This document shows, one piece after another, positions 1-9,561 of a stretch of 38,366 nucleotides of DNA. The stretch is from Thermostichus sp. DRC_bins_24 (GTDB lineage Bacteria > Cyanobacteriota > Cyanobacteriia > Thermostichales > Thermostichaceae), in NCBI GenBank assembly GCA_039794845.1, contig JAUQVK010000083.1:1-38366 (forward strand), written 5' to 3'. Each line of letters begins with the position of its first letter. Positions within the stretch are counted from its first letter, which is position 1. Both the position numbers and the translations under genes were made by a program. Below the pieces are notes generated by a model, which was not told the DNA's origin, made no database searches, and saw only the letters and a list, made by a program, of their open reading frames with translations.

Positions 1-1
1 G

Positions 2-181
2 GTGTGTTGTTATTTGCTGCCCCGCTCCAACTTGTTAATTCGAGACAAGCTGCGCTCAGAACTCCAGCCCGGCGCACGTCTGGTTACCCATTCTTTTGAT
101 ATGGGAGATTGGCTGCCGACGGCTACAACTACGGTGTCGGATGTGATCAATACCTACACGGTCTATCTTTGGCAACTCTAA
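2..181 (+). CDS. 3' end of a class I SAM-dependent methyltransferase (truncated by window edge)
   Basis: Frame 2 reads VCCYLLPRSNLLIRDKLRSELQPGARLVTHSFDMGDWLP...VYLWQL-stop (TAA 179-181). YLLP..N..LR.KL..EL.PG.R.V.H.FDMGDW is a typical methyltransferase C-terminus. Confidence 0.75.
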   Translation: MCCYLLPRSNLLIRDKLRSELQPGARLVTHSFDMGDWLPTATTTVSDVINTYTVYLWQL

Positions 182-205
182 CTCTCTTTTCTTTAGCTCT
201 TTTCT

Positions 206-625
206 TTAGCTCTGGGGATCCCAATCCATCGCTTGCCAAAAGGCAGCGGCAGGCTGATGCACCACAATGCGGTTGCCATCCGGGTCGAGGAAATCCACCT
301 CTTGCCCGTGAAAGTCCTGCCGAACCGAAGAAACCGGGAGCTGATAGTCTTCCAGCACCGCCTGGAGTTCGGATAGGGATCCCTGTAAATCTTGCACCTG
401 CAAACACAGACTCACCGCCCCCGCCCGAGCCACAAAATCCGGATGATGACTGCGGTAAAGCCCCAACCGCAACCCCGGCAGGCGAAACTCCACATACACC
501 GGATCCCCTTCTGTCGGAATGCAGACCTGAGCAGGGATCCCCAGCAAAGACCGGTAAAAGTGACAGAGGCGGGGCAAGTCGGGGGTAGCCAAGCTGGTCA
601 AAGCCGCAGGGATCCACATCGCCAA
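206..625 (-). CDS. VOC/glyoxalase-bleomycin resistance family protein
   Basis: 139 aa with FYRSLLG and the C-terminal G.EVDFLDPDGNRIVV motif. Confidence 0.85.
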   Translation of the reverse strand: MAMWIPAALTSLATPDLPRLCHFYRSLLGIPAQVCIPTEGDPVYVEFRLPGLRLGLYRSHHPDFVARAGAVSLCLQVQDLQGSLSELQAVLEDYQLPVSSVRQDFHGQEVDFLDPDGNRIVVHQPAAAFWQAMDWDPQS

Positions 626-782
626 TGGGGAATCAGTATTTGGATCCTAGCCCAATTGCCCGCCTTAATCCGATGGATAGGGTTCGGCACAAATCGAACG
701 CGAATTGGAAATGCGTTGTAGTTCTGTTACAGACAGCTTGCCTTTGCCATAAGACCGATGTAAACTGCGAAAACTAAGTTCT

Positions 783-808
783 AAAAACCGATAGACTTAC
801 CGTAGAAT
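783..808 (+). promoter_or_regulatory. Candidate operator and -10 box upstream of the rhodanese-YeeE module
   Basis: AAAAACCGATAGACTTACCGTAGAAT contains the imperfect inverted repeat CGATA-N4-TACCG, abutting TAGAAT (803-808). A partial copy, ACCGATG, lies at ~754-760. Confidence 0.35.
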
Positions 809-1000
809 AGGAGCTCAAATACGACTGCCTATGCCCGTTCGGATCCCTGCTCTTCGGTCGCCCCGTTGGGCTTTATCTCGGTCTGCTCCCTCTGCTCCAG
901 CGGCTCTGTATGGGATCCCTGGGCTGCGGGAAGGGGTTTCTTTTCGGTCTTTGCTCTGCTGTTTGTGGGTTTGTTTGTGAACCGTTTGTGAGGTTAAGCT

Positions 1001-1990
1001 ATGTCGTTGTCTTTGGTTCTACGCACCGCTACGCGATCGGTGCGCGCTTGGGTGACCCGTCACCTACGCCAGCTTCAGGCGGTATTGCTGGTTTTACCCG
1101 TGGCTCTTTTGGGCTTTTCTCTGATTCACGCGCCTTCTCAGCCGGCCAAAGCGGCCAATGGAGAAGGAATCCAGTTTGTCTCCACCGACTGGGTCAGCGC
1201 TCATGCGAATGATGCCAATCTGCGAATTTTGGATGTGCGCATTGCACCTTTTGCCTACTTCAGCGGCCACATTCCCGGTGCAGTTCACATTCCCGACAAC
1301 GCCTTCCGGGGCCCTGATGGCAAGTTGCCGGTGCAGTACTGGCCAAACGACAAGCTGCAAAGCCTTTTCCAACAGGTGGGGGTAACCGATGACAGCCAGG
1401 TGCTGATTTACTCCGATGGCAACGATGTCTTGGGGGCGACGATGGTGGCCTACCTGCTGGAGCGCGCCGGGCACCCAGGAGCGGCGGTCTTGAATGGCGG
1501 CTTTAAGGGCTATCAGGCGGCGGGCTTGCCGGTGACCAAGGAGTTTCCGGCCTATAAACCGGGCCGTTTCACCCTCAAGGATGATCCCTCCCTGCGGGTG
1601 ACCTTAGATGAGGTGAAGAATTTAATCGGCAAAGAGGGGGTTACCTTCGTGGATCCCCGTCCAGCCGATCTGTTCGCCGGCGAGGTGGACATTTGGGCTC
1701 GCAACGGCCATATTCCCGGTGCCAAAAATATTCCCTGGCCCACCTTTACCATCGGTGAAGAGAACTTCCATCAGCTCAGGCCTCTCAACGAAATTCAAGC
1801 CCTTCTGGATGAACGAGGGGTGAAAAAAGAGGATCAAATCATCGTCACCTGCTCCACCGGCCGGGAAGCGACCTTACAATACGCTGTGCTCAAGTACCAG
1901 CTCGGCTACCCGAATGTACGAGTTTACGAGGGATCCTGGACGGAATATCAACAATCCGGCTTGCCGATAGAAACCGGGCCAGGGGCCTAA
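1001..1990 (+). CDS. Exported tandem-domain sulfurtransferase (rhodanese, RhdA-like)
   Basis: N-terminal hydrophobic signal ending in AKA, two GHIPGA motifs, active-site loop CSTGRE and C-terminal signature VYEGSWTEY. Confidence 0.92.
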   Translation: MSLSLVLRTATRSVRAWVTRHLRQLQAVLLVLPVALLGFSLIHAPSQPAKAANGEGIQFVSTDWVSAHANDANLRILDVRIAPFAYFSGHIPGAVHIPDNAFRGPDGKLPVQYWPNDKLQSLFQQVGVTDDSQVLIYSDGNDVLGATMVAYLLERAGHPGAAVLNGGFKGYQAAGLPVTKEFPAYKPGRFTLKDDPSLRVTLDEVKNLIGKEGVTFVDPRPADLFAGEVDIWARNGHIPGAKNIPWPTFTIGEENFHQLRPLNEIQALLDERGVKKEDQIIVTCSTGREATLQYAVLKYQLGYPNVRVYEGSWTEYQQSGLPIETGPGA

Positions 1991-2090
1991 GGCACTAACC
2001 CACTCGTATAGGCGGATCCGTTAGGATCCGTTAAATGACCTGTTAAGGGATCCAAGCTGAACCAGAAGCAAGCAGCCAGGCCGGAGGCGA

Positions 2091-2200
2091 TACAGCCCCT
2101 TACGCCAGGTCGGTCTCAGTGGGTAGCATCCCCACTCAAGTTCTGTTCCCCTGAGTTGAAGACACGAGCGCTACTACAGCAAACCCGCGAAAGCACTGTA
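2091..2200 (+). mobile_element. TA-flanked MITE, family A (110 bp)
   Basis: Begins TACAGCCCCTTACGCC and ends AAACCCGCGAAAGCACTGTA. The right part aligns with copies ending at 4126, 9142 and 9791, and with 29036 on the reverse strand. Confidence 0.7.
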
Positions 2201-2249
2201 CCTTCGGCTTGGTTCTGGTTCCATCCATTTTGGAAAGGGAGACGGTGAG

Positions 2250-2546
2250 ATGAAGAAGACGTACAACACCCCGGTGAAAACGGCGGCCCGTCGGTCATGG
2301 ATGTGGGCGGCCCTGTTGCTGGTGGTCTTGGTCTTGGGTTGGGGGATCCCGGCCCAGGCCAGTTGTAGCTACGTGCCCGACTACAGCACCCAAGAGTATC
2401 GCCCCATCCCCACCGTGACTCCGGGTAACTTGGAGAATGATTCAGAATCTGATGCCAACGCTGCCCTCAACCCAGAAGAAGCCAACTCCGAAAGCGCCAA
2501 CGAGGGGAATTGGTTTCAACGGCTTTGGCGTAGCCTGTTTGGGTAA
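2250..2546 (+). CDS. Small secreted hypothetical protein
   Basis: 98 aa with signal peptide ending AQA, mature start SCSY and an acidic low-complexity tail. Same strand as, and between, the rhodanese and YeeE genes. Confidence 0.7.
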   Translation: MKKTYNTPVKTAARRSWMWAALLLVVLVLGWGIPAQASCSYVPDYSTQEYRPIPTVTPGNLENDSESDANAALNPEEANSESANEGNWFQRLWRSLFG

Positions 2547-2681
2547 GCCGATGCGGGCTGAATCATCTTTGGACTCAACCTCAGAGAACTCTATTTTTTA
2601 TTTTTAATTCAGCGGCATCCACCAAGCTAGAGAAAACTCTGCCCAACCCAACTCACTCTTTTTTGCAAGACGCCAGCAACC

Positions 2682-3893
2682 ATGGTCTCTCTTCACTTGG
2701 GATCCCTAGAAGGCTCCTTTCGGCCCCGACCTCAGCGACGTGGTGTGATGCTGCTATTGGCAGTGATGGCCGCTTTGAGTTTGGGGCTAGCCTCCTTTTA
2801 TACCTGGCGACAGGCGAGCCTCTTTGGGATTGGCTGCCTGTTTGGCCTCACCCTTTATCACGCCAGTTTTGGCTTTGCCTCCTCCTACCGCAAGTTGATC
2901 GTCCGAGGAGAGGTAAAGGGGGTGTTGGCCCAACTGTTAATGTTGGCTGTGGCCACACTTCTATTTGCACCCTTATTGCTGACGCACTCGGCACAGGGGG
3001 CTGTGGCTCCGGTGGGGTTGCAGGGGGTTGTTGGGGCCTTCCTGTTTGGCATTGGTATGCAGCTGGGCAGTGGTTGTGCCTGCGGCACCCTCTACACAAT
3101 TGGAGCCGGTAGCAGCATGATGCTCTTCACCCTGACCAGCTTTTGTTTGGGCTCCTTTTGGGCTTCATTGGTGGATGGTTGGTGGGTCGGTTGGCCGCGG
3201 TTACAACCCCACTCGTTGTTGGGGGATTGGGGTCTGATGGGCTTGGCAGCGCAACTGCTGCTGTTGGGGGGGCTGGCCTGGGCCATCAGACAATGGGGGC
3301 AGCGAGCTGTGCCCGAGCCAGAAATGGGATCCCTGCCGGAAGCTGAGTTTGGGGCAGAACCTCGCCTGCCCCGTTGGCAACAGTGGGTGTTCGGCCCTTG
3401 GTCTTTGGCGGTGGGGGGTGTGGTGTTGGCGATTTTGAATACCCTTACCCTCTGGATTGCTGGTCGCCCCTGGGGAGTGACCTGGGGGTTTACCCTCTGG
3501 ACGGCCAAATTGGCCCAAGCCTTGGGCTGGGATCCCGGTTCGGTTCCCTTCTGGAGTCAAGGGTTTCCGGCAGCGGCCCTGCAGCAAAACGTATTGGCCG
3601 ATATCACCTCTGTCATGAATTTGGGCGTTATTCTCGGCTCCGCTCTGGCGGCTACCTTAGCGGGCCGGATGAGGATGCGCAAGCCACCTTCGCGCCGGGC
3701 AGTTGTTGGAGCCCTGCTGGGCGGACTCCTCATGGGCTTCGGGGCGCGGATGGCCTTCGGCTGCAATGTGGGGGCTTACTTTAGCGGCATCGCCTCCACC
3801 AGTTGGCATGGCTGGCTGTGGATTGTCTTTGCCCTGTTGGGAACCCTGCTCGGGATCCGGCTGCGCCCTTGGTTTAATCTGTCTCGACTTTAG
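2682..3893 (+). CDS. YeeE/YedE (TsuA-like) thiosulfate/sulfur-compound transporter
   Basis: Polytopic membrane protein with GAFLFGIGMQLGSGCACGTLY and GGLLMGFGARMAFGCNVGAYFSGI motifs (conserved Cys). Confidence 0.92.
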   Translation: MVSLHLGSLEGSFRPRPQRRGVMLLLAVMAALSLGLASFYTWRQASLFGIGCLFGLTLYHASFGFASSYRKLIVRGEVKGVLAQLLMLAVATLLFAPLLLTHSAQGAVAPVGLQGVVGAFLFGIGMQLGSGCACGTLYTIGAGSSMMLFTLTSFCLGSFWASLVDGWWVGWPRLQPHSLLGDWGLMGLAAQLLLLGGLAWAIRQWGQRAVPEPEMGSLPEAEFGAEPRLPRWQQWVFGPWSLAVGGVVLAILNTLTLWIAGRPWGVTWGFTLWTAKLAQALGWDPGSVPFWSQGFPAAALQQNVLADITSVMNLGVILGSALAATLAGRMRMRKPPSRRAVVGALLGGLLMGFGARMAFGCNVGAYFSGIASTSWHGWLWIVFALLGTLLGIRLRPWFNLSRL

Positions 3894-3915
3894 ATTTGTC
3901 CGGAGATTTCTCCAG

Positions 3916-4126
3916 TACGGCCCTTTACGCCCGGGGCACGCCGGGTGCATTCGCCCATGGCGGCCCAGAGGACACCGTCAGTCCTACACAACAACCGCGG
4001 AGGTTAAGACCCACTCTCTAGAGGGATAGTGCTCCACACCTCCCAGATCGAGATAGCCCTCCGAGCCCCGCGAAGCGGGAACAGGAAGCGCAAGCCCTGC
4101 CTTAGAAGACCCACCTAGGGGCTGTA
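3916..4126 (+). mobile_element. TA-flanked MITE, family A (211 bp, long variant)
   Basis: Ends are TACGGCCCTTTACGCC and CTAGGGGCTGTA. Internal GGAGGTTAAGACCCAC and GGAACAGGAAGCGCAAGCCCTG blocks match other copies. Confidence 0.7.
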
Positions 4127-4161
4127 AGGTAATAAAGAAGCGTTTGCGTGCTGAGCTCTCT

Positions 4162-4752
4162 ATGTCTCCGCAACTGGTTCAACTGGCCACTTGGATGGCC
4201 GGACACTTTAACAACCTACAGCAGGCCATCTCAGAGCCGGTTTGGTTTGCCAATATCCATGTGTATCAATGCCCATTGCCCTGGTCGGTCTTGGATGGGT
4301 TGGGATTTTATGTGGAGCAACTCTACGATATCTACCCTGAGCAGCCCTATCGCCAGCGGGTGTTACACCTGTTTGAGTCCTCAGAGGGGATCCGCATTCA
4401 AAACTACGCGCTTACAGCGCCTGAGGTTTACAAATGTGCGGGTCGAGAGCTAAGCAAATTGGCGGGGTTAAGCGCTGCTGAGTTGGAACCCTTACCGGGA
4501 TGTATCACTCAGGTGGAATGGACGGGATCCCACTATCGCGGCCAGAGTGTGCCCGGTAAGGGGTGTATTGTGGAGCGCAAAGGCAAAACCACTTATCTCT
4601 ACAGTGAGTTTGAGATCGGCGCCGACTACTTTTACAGCCTTGACCAAGGCCGGGATCCAGAAACCGATCAAATCATCTGGGGATCCCTTTCGGGGCCATT
4701 TCAGTTTGTCAAAAAACAGGATTTCTCCGGGTATCTTCCGCAGTTGACCTGA
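4162..4752 (+). CDS. cpcT: Phycobiliprotein chromophore lyase CpcT/CpeT
   Basis: LATWMAGHFNNLQQA, PYRQRV, LPGC, PGKGCIVER, DQGRDPETDQIIWGS..GPFQF. ATG at 4162 preferred over TTG at 4144. Confidence 0.9.
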   Translation: MSPQLVQLATWMAGHFNNLQQAISEPVWFANIHVYQCPLPWSVLDGLGFYVEQLYDIYPEQPYRQRVLHLFESSEGIRIQNYALTAPEVYKCAGRELSKLAGLSAAELEPLPGCITQVEWTGSHYRGQSVPGKGCIVERKGKTTYLYSEFEIGADYFYSLDQGRDPETDQIIWGSLSGPFQFVKKQDFSGYLPQLT

Positions 4753-4797
4753 GATACTGGCAGTAGCTTCAGGAAGGGATCCCTTCACAGCCTTGCC

Positions 4798-6120
4798 ATG
4801 GAAATGCAGCGGCGTCGCTTTGTCCTTGCGGTGGTGTTCCTCGGCTTGGCGGGGATCGGCGGAGTGACCTGGGGGGTGGCCCATTACTACAGCCGCAGCC
4901 ATGCCTTGCAGTTGGCCACCGGCAGCTCCACCGGCGAATACTACGCCTTTGGGCAGGCCCTTGCTACCGTGGTCAGCCGCCATCATCCTCACATTCGCAT
5001 CGACGTGCTGGAAACCGAGGGATCCGTCCAAAACATCGAGCTGGTCAGAGACAATAAGGCGCAACTGGCCTTGATTCAGAGCGATACGCCCGTACGCTTG
5101 CCGGTGCAGGCGGTGTCGTTTTTGTTCCCCGAGTTTTTCCACCTGCTGGCCCGCCCGGAAGCCAAGATCGAGTCGGTGGCAGACTTGGCGGGGAAACGCA
5201 TCGCCCTCATGCCAATTGGCAGTGGATCCTACAGCCTCTTTTGGCCCTTGGTCGCCCATTACAATCTTGGCCCAGAGGATTTTCAGGCCCAGCCGATGGG
5301 AGTGGAGCCAGCCTATGCCGCCCTCAGACGAGGGGAGGTGGATGCCTTGTTTCGCATTACTGCCCTCGGTAACCCTGCCATTCGCGACTTGATAGGTTCT
5401 GGCCAGGCGGAGTTGGTGCCAATTGACCAGGCAGAAGCCCTACAACTGACCCTGCCCTACCTGGAGGAAATGGAAATTCCCAAGGGAACCTATCGCGGCT
5501 TTCCAGCCATGCCTGCAGAAGACATGGTGGTAGTGGGGGTACGGGCTCTGCTGGTGGCCCATGAGCAGGTGGATGCGACCCTAATCTACACCCTCACGCA
5601 ACTGCTCTACGAGTATCGCAACGAGATCGTGGAACTTTACCCCCGGGCTGCCACCATTGTCATGCCAGAATCGGCGCAAAACCTGGGGGTGCCGTTACAT
5701 GCGGGGGCACGGGCCTATTATCTGCAGGATGAACCCAGCTTTTTGGAGCGCTACGCCGAATCTTTGGGGTTTATTCTGTCGGTGTTTGTGTTGCTGCTCT
5801 CTAGTTTGTGGCAGTTTCGGTTGTGGCTTCAGGAACGACAAAAAAATCGCGCCGATATGTACAACATGCAGCTCCTGGATTTGGTGGCCCAAATTGAAGA
5901 CAGCACTGACCTAGAAACAATGGCCCAACTGCGGCGACAACTGTTTGAGATCCTGCGCCAAGTGGTCTCTGATCTGGATCAAGACCGCATCAACCCTGAG
6001 TCTTTTCAATCCTTCACCCTTCCCTGGGAAGCAGCCTTTACCACCCTGCGCCACCGGGAGCGGATCTTGCTCGACCTGCAGAACCCAGAACTTGCCCCTG
6101 CTCCCAGAACTCGGGCATGA
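4798..6120 (+). CDS. TAXI-family solute-binding protein with extra C-terminal TM helix and cytoplasmic helical tail
   Basis: LATGSSTGEYYAFG, ETEGSVQNI, IPKGTY and PLHAGARAYY motifs, then a TM segment (LGFILSVFVLLLSSLW) and ~100 further residues. Confidence 0.85.
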   Translation: MEMQRRRFVLAVVFLGLAGIGGVTWGVAHYYSRSHALQLATGSSTGEYYAFGQALATVVSRHHPHIRIDVLETEGSVQNIELVRDNKAQLALIQSDTPVRLPVQAVSFLFPEFFHLLARPEAKIESVADLAGKRIALMPIGSGSYSLFWPLVAHYNLGPEDFQAQPMGVEPAYAALRRGEVDALFRITALGNPAIRDLIGSGQAELVPIDQAEALQLTLPYLEEMEIPKGTYRGFPAMPAEDMVVVGVRALLVAHEQVDATLIYTLTQLLYEYRNEIVELYPRAATIVMPESAQNLGVPLHAGARAYYLQDEPSFLERYAESLGFILSVFVLLLSSLWQFRLWLQERQKNRADMYNMQLLDLVAQIEDSTDLETMAQLRRQLFEILRQVVSDLDQDRINPESFQSFTLPWEAAFTTLRHRERILLDLQNPELAPAPRTRA

Positions 6121-6260
6121 CACCCCGGTAGGCATCGAGAGGGAGATCATTCTGGGACTTTAGATTGAGGTTGAAAGAAAGTTGGAGGGCTCCGACCGAA
6201 GTTCTCTGAACTTGGGCTAACCTGAATGGTAGGTACAGCTCGTTTTGTCTTTGTAAAAGC

Positions 6261-7307
6261 ATGAAATCTTTTACAGTTTCCCGACGCCGCCTGCTTCGGT
6301 GGGGAGCTTTGGCCACGGCAGGTTTGCTGACGGTTCGCAGCCAGGTTCAGGCTCAGCAGCGAGGGGATTTGACCCCTTTGGTTTACGGCACCAACTGGTT
6401 TGCCCAGGCTGAACATGGGGGCTTCTATCAAGCTGTGGCCAAAGGGTTTTATGAGAAGTTGGGGTTGGATGTCTCAATCCGGATGGGAGGAGGACGAACT
6501 CTGGGGGCACAGCTATTGGTGGGAGGCGCGGTAGATCTGTACATGGGATCCGGCTCCGGCACCCTCCGATCCGCGCAGCAGGGGTTACCCCTGATAACGG
6601 TGGCTGCCATTTTTCAGAAGGATCCCCAGGTATTGTTGGCACATCCCAATACAGGGGTGGAAGAGCTAGCCGATATTGTGGGCCGGCCCACCTACGTCTC
6701 GACCGCTGCTTTTAACACCTACTGGCCATTTCTGCGAGCCCGTTATGGTGTCACGGATGAGCAGACTCGTCCCTACAACTTCAACCCGGGGCCATTTCTG
6801 AGTGATCCTCAGAGCATTCAACAGGGCATCCTCACCTCGGAGCCGTTTGTGATTGCTCAAGAGGCCGGCTTTGAACCGGTGGTACTCCTGTTGGCGGACT
6901 ACGGCTACAACCCCTACTCTACGACGATTTTGACCACCCGATCCTTGGTTCAGCAGTCGCCAGAGGTGGTAGAGCGATTTGTGGAGGCCAGCATCGCCGG
7001 ATGGTACGACTATTTTGAAGATCCCGAGCCTGCCTTTGGGCTGATCAAGGCAGATAATCCTGAAATGAGTGATGAGCTGTTGGCCTATGGGTTTGAAAAA
7101 ATCCAAACCTTTGAGCTGGCTACCTCTGGGGATGCTGCCGATCTGGGCATTGGAGCCATGACCCACGAGCGCTGGCAGGAGTTCTATGACCTGATGGTGG
7201 AAATCGAAATTCTCGAACCCTTTGACTACCGGCAGGCCTACACCCTTGATTTTGTCAACAAGGGGGTTGAGTACTATCGGTCGTTGCAGCAGCAGTTGCT
7301 GACTTAA
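6261..7307 (+). CDS. ABC transporter substrate-binding protein, NMT1/THI5-like, Tat-exported
   Basis: Twin-arginine signal SRRRLL, TNWFAQAEHGGFYQA and AAIFQKDPQ motifs. Confidence 0.88.
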   Translation: MKSFTVSRRRLLRWGALATAGLLTVRSQVQAQQRGDLTPLVYGTNWFAQAEHGGFYQAVAKGFYEKLGLDVSIRMGGGRTLGAQLLVGGAVDLYMGSGSGTLRSAQQGLPLITVAAIFQKDPQVLLAHPNTGVEELADIVGRPTYVSTAAFNTYWPFLRARYGVTDEQTRPYNFNPGPFLSDPQSIQQGILTSEPFVIAQEAGFEPVVLLLADYGYNPYSTTILTTRSLVQQSPEVVERFVEASIAGWYDYFEDPEPAFGLIKADNPEMSDELLAYGFEKIQTFELATSGDAADLGIGAMTHERWQEFYDLMVEIEILEPFDYRQAYTLDFVNKGVEYYRSLQQQLLT

Positions 7308-7369
7308 GTTCTAGTTCTGCGATTCTGCGCGATTCCACCTTCGGTCACAGCCTCAAAGCCTCTTAACCG

Positions 7370-8944
7370 TTAAGGGGAAAGGGAGATCCGGATCCGAACC
7401 TGTTCCCGCCGTTCTTCAAAATCGCTGATCAACAGGGCCAGATCAATCTGCCATTCCCCCGGCAAGGCTAGGGGCACATCCTTCAATTCAAATTGCCCGG
7501 ATTCATCCGGCAAAACCCTGCGGCGCAGGGGGGGGATCCCCTGTTCCGGCAACGAAAACCCCAGGGTCAACTCTTGGGCGGGGATCCCTTCCACCTTCAC
7601 CCGAATCTGATTCTCACCCGGACGACAGGGGGAAAGTTGGATGTGCAAGCTGCCCTCCGGCCAGTTCAAACTCTCTTCACAACCGGGCTCCGCCGGGGAT
7701 CCCATGCCATGACTGGGGGGAGCCTGGGCCACCAGAAAACTCGTCAAGGCCAGCACCAGGAGCAACCCCACCAACTCCAACCGGACGATCTGACGGAGGG
7801 ACTGCTGTACCGCCCGACTGCCCTCTTGCAGCGCAGGCACCAGCCGGAACTTGTTGTGGGCACCCAACCCCACGATCATCAACACCAAGATCGCCTTGGC
7901 CCAGAGATACTGCCCATAGGGATGATCCCAATCCCAACCGCGATGGATCCCGCCCATCCCCACCCCTGCCAGGATTAGTCCCGGCACCACCCAGGTGGCG
8001 AAGTCCGAAAACCGTCGAATCACGTTGGGGGATGAAGCAGCAGACTCCCCGCTCAACAGCCGATCCAACCCCCACAACCCCCCCAACCAAAAAGCAGATC
8101 CCGCCAGATGCAACCCCAATAGGGCCATTGTTACTAGGGGATACGGGCTGGTAAGGGCATGGCCAATCGGTAAAAAGGAGCCCATCACCAGCACCGATCC
8201 GAGGCCGCTGGCCCAACCTGCCCCTCCCTCGCAGGCCCAGATCAGGATCCCCAACCCCAGCAGCCGCAGCTCTAGACCCCAGCCGTAGGGGGATGCCAAC
8301 ACCGACCGCAACTCTGCCCCGGAAAACCGGGGGTATAACTGCGCCATGTGCAAACAAAAGGCCACCACCGTCAAACTAAGTGTCAGCCAAGCCGCCGCAA
8401 AGGCCCAAGATCGGGTTCCCAGGTTCAGCTGACCCCGCAGTACCCGCCACCAGCCCAGCACCCCTACCACAAACAGGCTGCCCAAGTAGACCCCCCAGCG
8501 CACCATCAGCAGCGGCCAGTACAAGGGATCCCTGGCCTGAGCGCGGGCTGCCAGCAGCGCCTGTAAGGCTTGCGGATCTGCCTCTCCCACTTGAAACACA
8601 AACGATCCGCTCACCGGATGGGAATCGGCAGAAATGGCCCGCCAACTGACGATGTAAATCCCCTCCGGGATCCCTTCCGGTAAATCCGCCTGTGGCCCAT
8701 CGCCGGTGGCTAAAAGATTCTCCAATTCCAGAGCTTGTCCGGTGGTATCCAAAACCTGTAGCTGAGTGATTTGTACCGACTCATTAAACTGCAGCCGAAT
8801 CTGTGTCGGGGCCTCCTGTAACACCGCTCCATCCGCCGGGAAAGTAGAGAGCAAACTGGCATGAGCGAAACTGGGTTGGATCCCTGTCAGCCACAGCAAC
8901 AGACAGAGGATCCCGATTAGGATGGACTTGAAGAAATAAGGCAT
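7370..8944 (-). CDS. CopC-CopD fusion (YcnJ-like copper uptake protein) with C-terminal soluble domain
   Basis: Signal peptide, then mature N-terminal His (HASLLSTFPADG) and WRAISADSHPVSGS (CopC Cu site). CopD TMs carry GHA, LHLAGSAFWLGGL and RRFS. ATG at 8944 follows an AGGGG RBS. Confidence 0.9.
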   Translation of the reverse strand: MPYFFKSILIGILCLLLWLTGIQPSFAHASLLSTFPADGAVLQEAPTQIRLQFNESVQITQLQVLDTTGQALELENLLATGDGPQADLPEGIPEGIYIVSWRAISADSHPVSGSFVFQVGEADPQALQALLAARAQARDPLYWPLLMVRWGVYLGSLFVVGVLGWWRVLRGQLNLGTRSWAFAAAWLTLSLTVVAFCLHMAQLYPRFSGAELRSVLASPYGWGLELRLLGLGILIWACEGGAGWASGLGSVLVMGSFLPIGHALTSPYPLVTMALLGLHLAGSAFWLGGLWGLDRLLSGESAASSPNVIRRFSDFATWVVPGLILAGVGMGGIHRGWDWDHPYGQYLWAKAILVLMIVGLGAHNKFRLVPALQEGSRAVQQSLRQIVRLELVGLLLVLALTSFLVAQAPPSHGMGSPAEPGCEESLNWPEGSLHIQLSPCRPGENQIRVKVEGIPAQELTLGFSLPEQGIPPLRRRVLPDESGQFELKDVPLALPGEWQIDLALLISDFEERREQVRIRISLSP

Positions 8945-9055
8945 ACCCCTAACAACAAGTTTTGCGTGAACAAGGAAAGTATCTAATCCGTGAGATAACT
9001 GCCATGACAACCGATACCGATCTCCTCCAAACACTCTCTTAAAAAAGAAGTTCTT

Positions 9056-9142
9056 CCCTCCTGGAAGGCTAGCCCTCCGGGCCCCACAGAGCGGGAATAG
9101 GAAGTAAAAGCCCTGCTGTAGAAAACCCGCGCAAGGGCTGTA
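9056..9142 (+). mobile_element. MITE family A, right part only
   Basis: CCCTCCTGGAAGGCTAGCCCTCCGGGCCCC...GCCCTGCTGTAGAAAACCCGCGCAAGGGCTGTA. The last ~35 nt are nearly identical to the reverse complement of 29036-29070. Confidence 0.75.
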
Positions 9143-9213
9143 AAGCGAGATTTTGAAGGCATTGGCCCAATCGTGGAATATTCGGACATCACAATTTTAC
9201 CGATCTCTTTCTT

Positions 9214-9300
9214 GGATGCCGACTCAAATCAGCAGCGGCAGATAACCTCGAACTCAGAACCGGAGGCATTCGACCGTCCGCTGCATTTAAGTTGTTATGT
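9214..9300 (-). other. Degenerate attC-like site (integron cassette recombination site) with damaged R' box
   Basis: Minus strand: R'' ACATAAC, 5-bp spacer AACTT, L'' AAATGCAG, CGGACGG...CCGCTG, L' CTGATTT, spacer GAGTC, then G-GCATCC instead of GTTRRRY. It starts 11 bp after the VapC stop. Confidence 0.65.
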
Positions 9301-9311
9301 GGCGGCCTTAC

Positions 9312-9561
9312 TTACCATGCTACCGTTTGCAAATTTTCTACCTCTTGAAAATGAGCATCGCGTGTTACCAGAATCAGACCGTGTCGTAGTGCAAGGGCTG
9401 CAATCCAGACATCATTTTCAGGCAATGGACGACCTTTTAGCCTCAACCTGTTCTTGACCTCGCCATATTGCCTAGCTGTTTCAATATCACATCCAAGTAC
9501 TACGCTGTTAGCAGCCAACTCATCAACTCTTGTTAAAGTCGAGCAAAAACCTACCACTCGT
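9312..9561 (-). pseudogene. vapC: VapC/PIN toxin pseudogene
   Basis: The C-terminal half is intact (YGEVKNRLRLKGRPLPENDVWIAALALRHGLILVTRDAHF). The N-terminal SGRFLLD lies in another frame behind ACG (9561-9559, probably a former ATG), implying an internal deletion and frameshift. Confidence 0.8.

Noticed and set aside
718..730. NtcA-like site GTAGTTCTGTTAC
   Set aside because: The spacer is 7 nt rather than the required GTA-N8-TAC.
6121..6260. Possible TPP riboswitch ahead of the NMT1/THI5-like binding protein
   Set aside because: The conserved CTGAGA and downstream AGGGA core elements are not present in the right arrangement.
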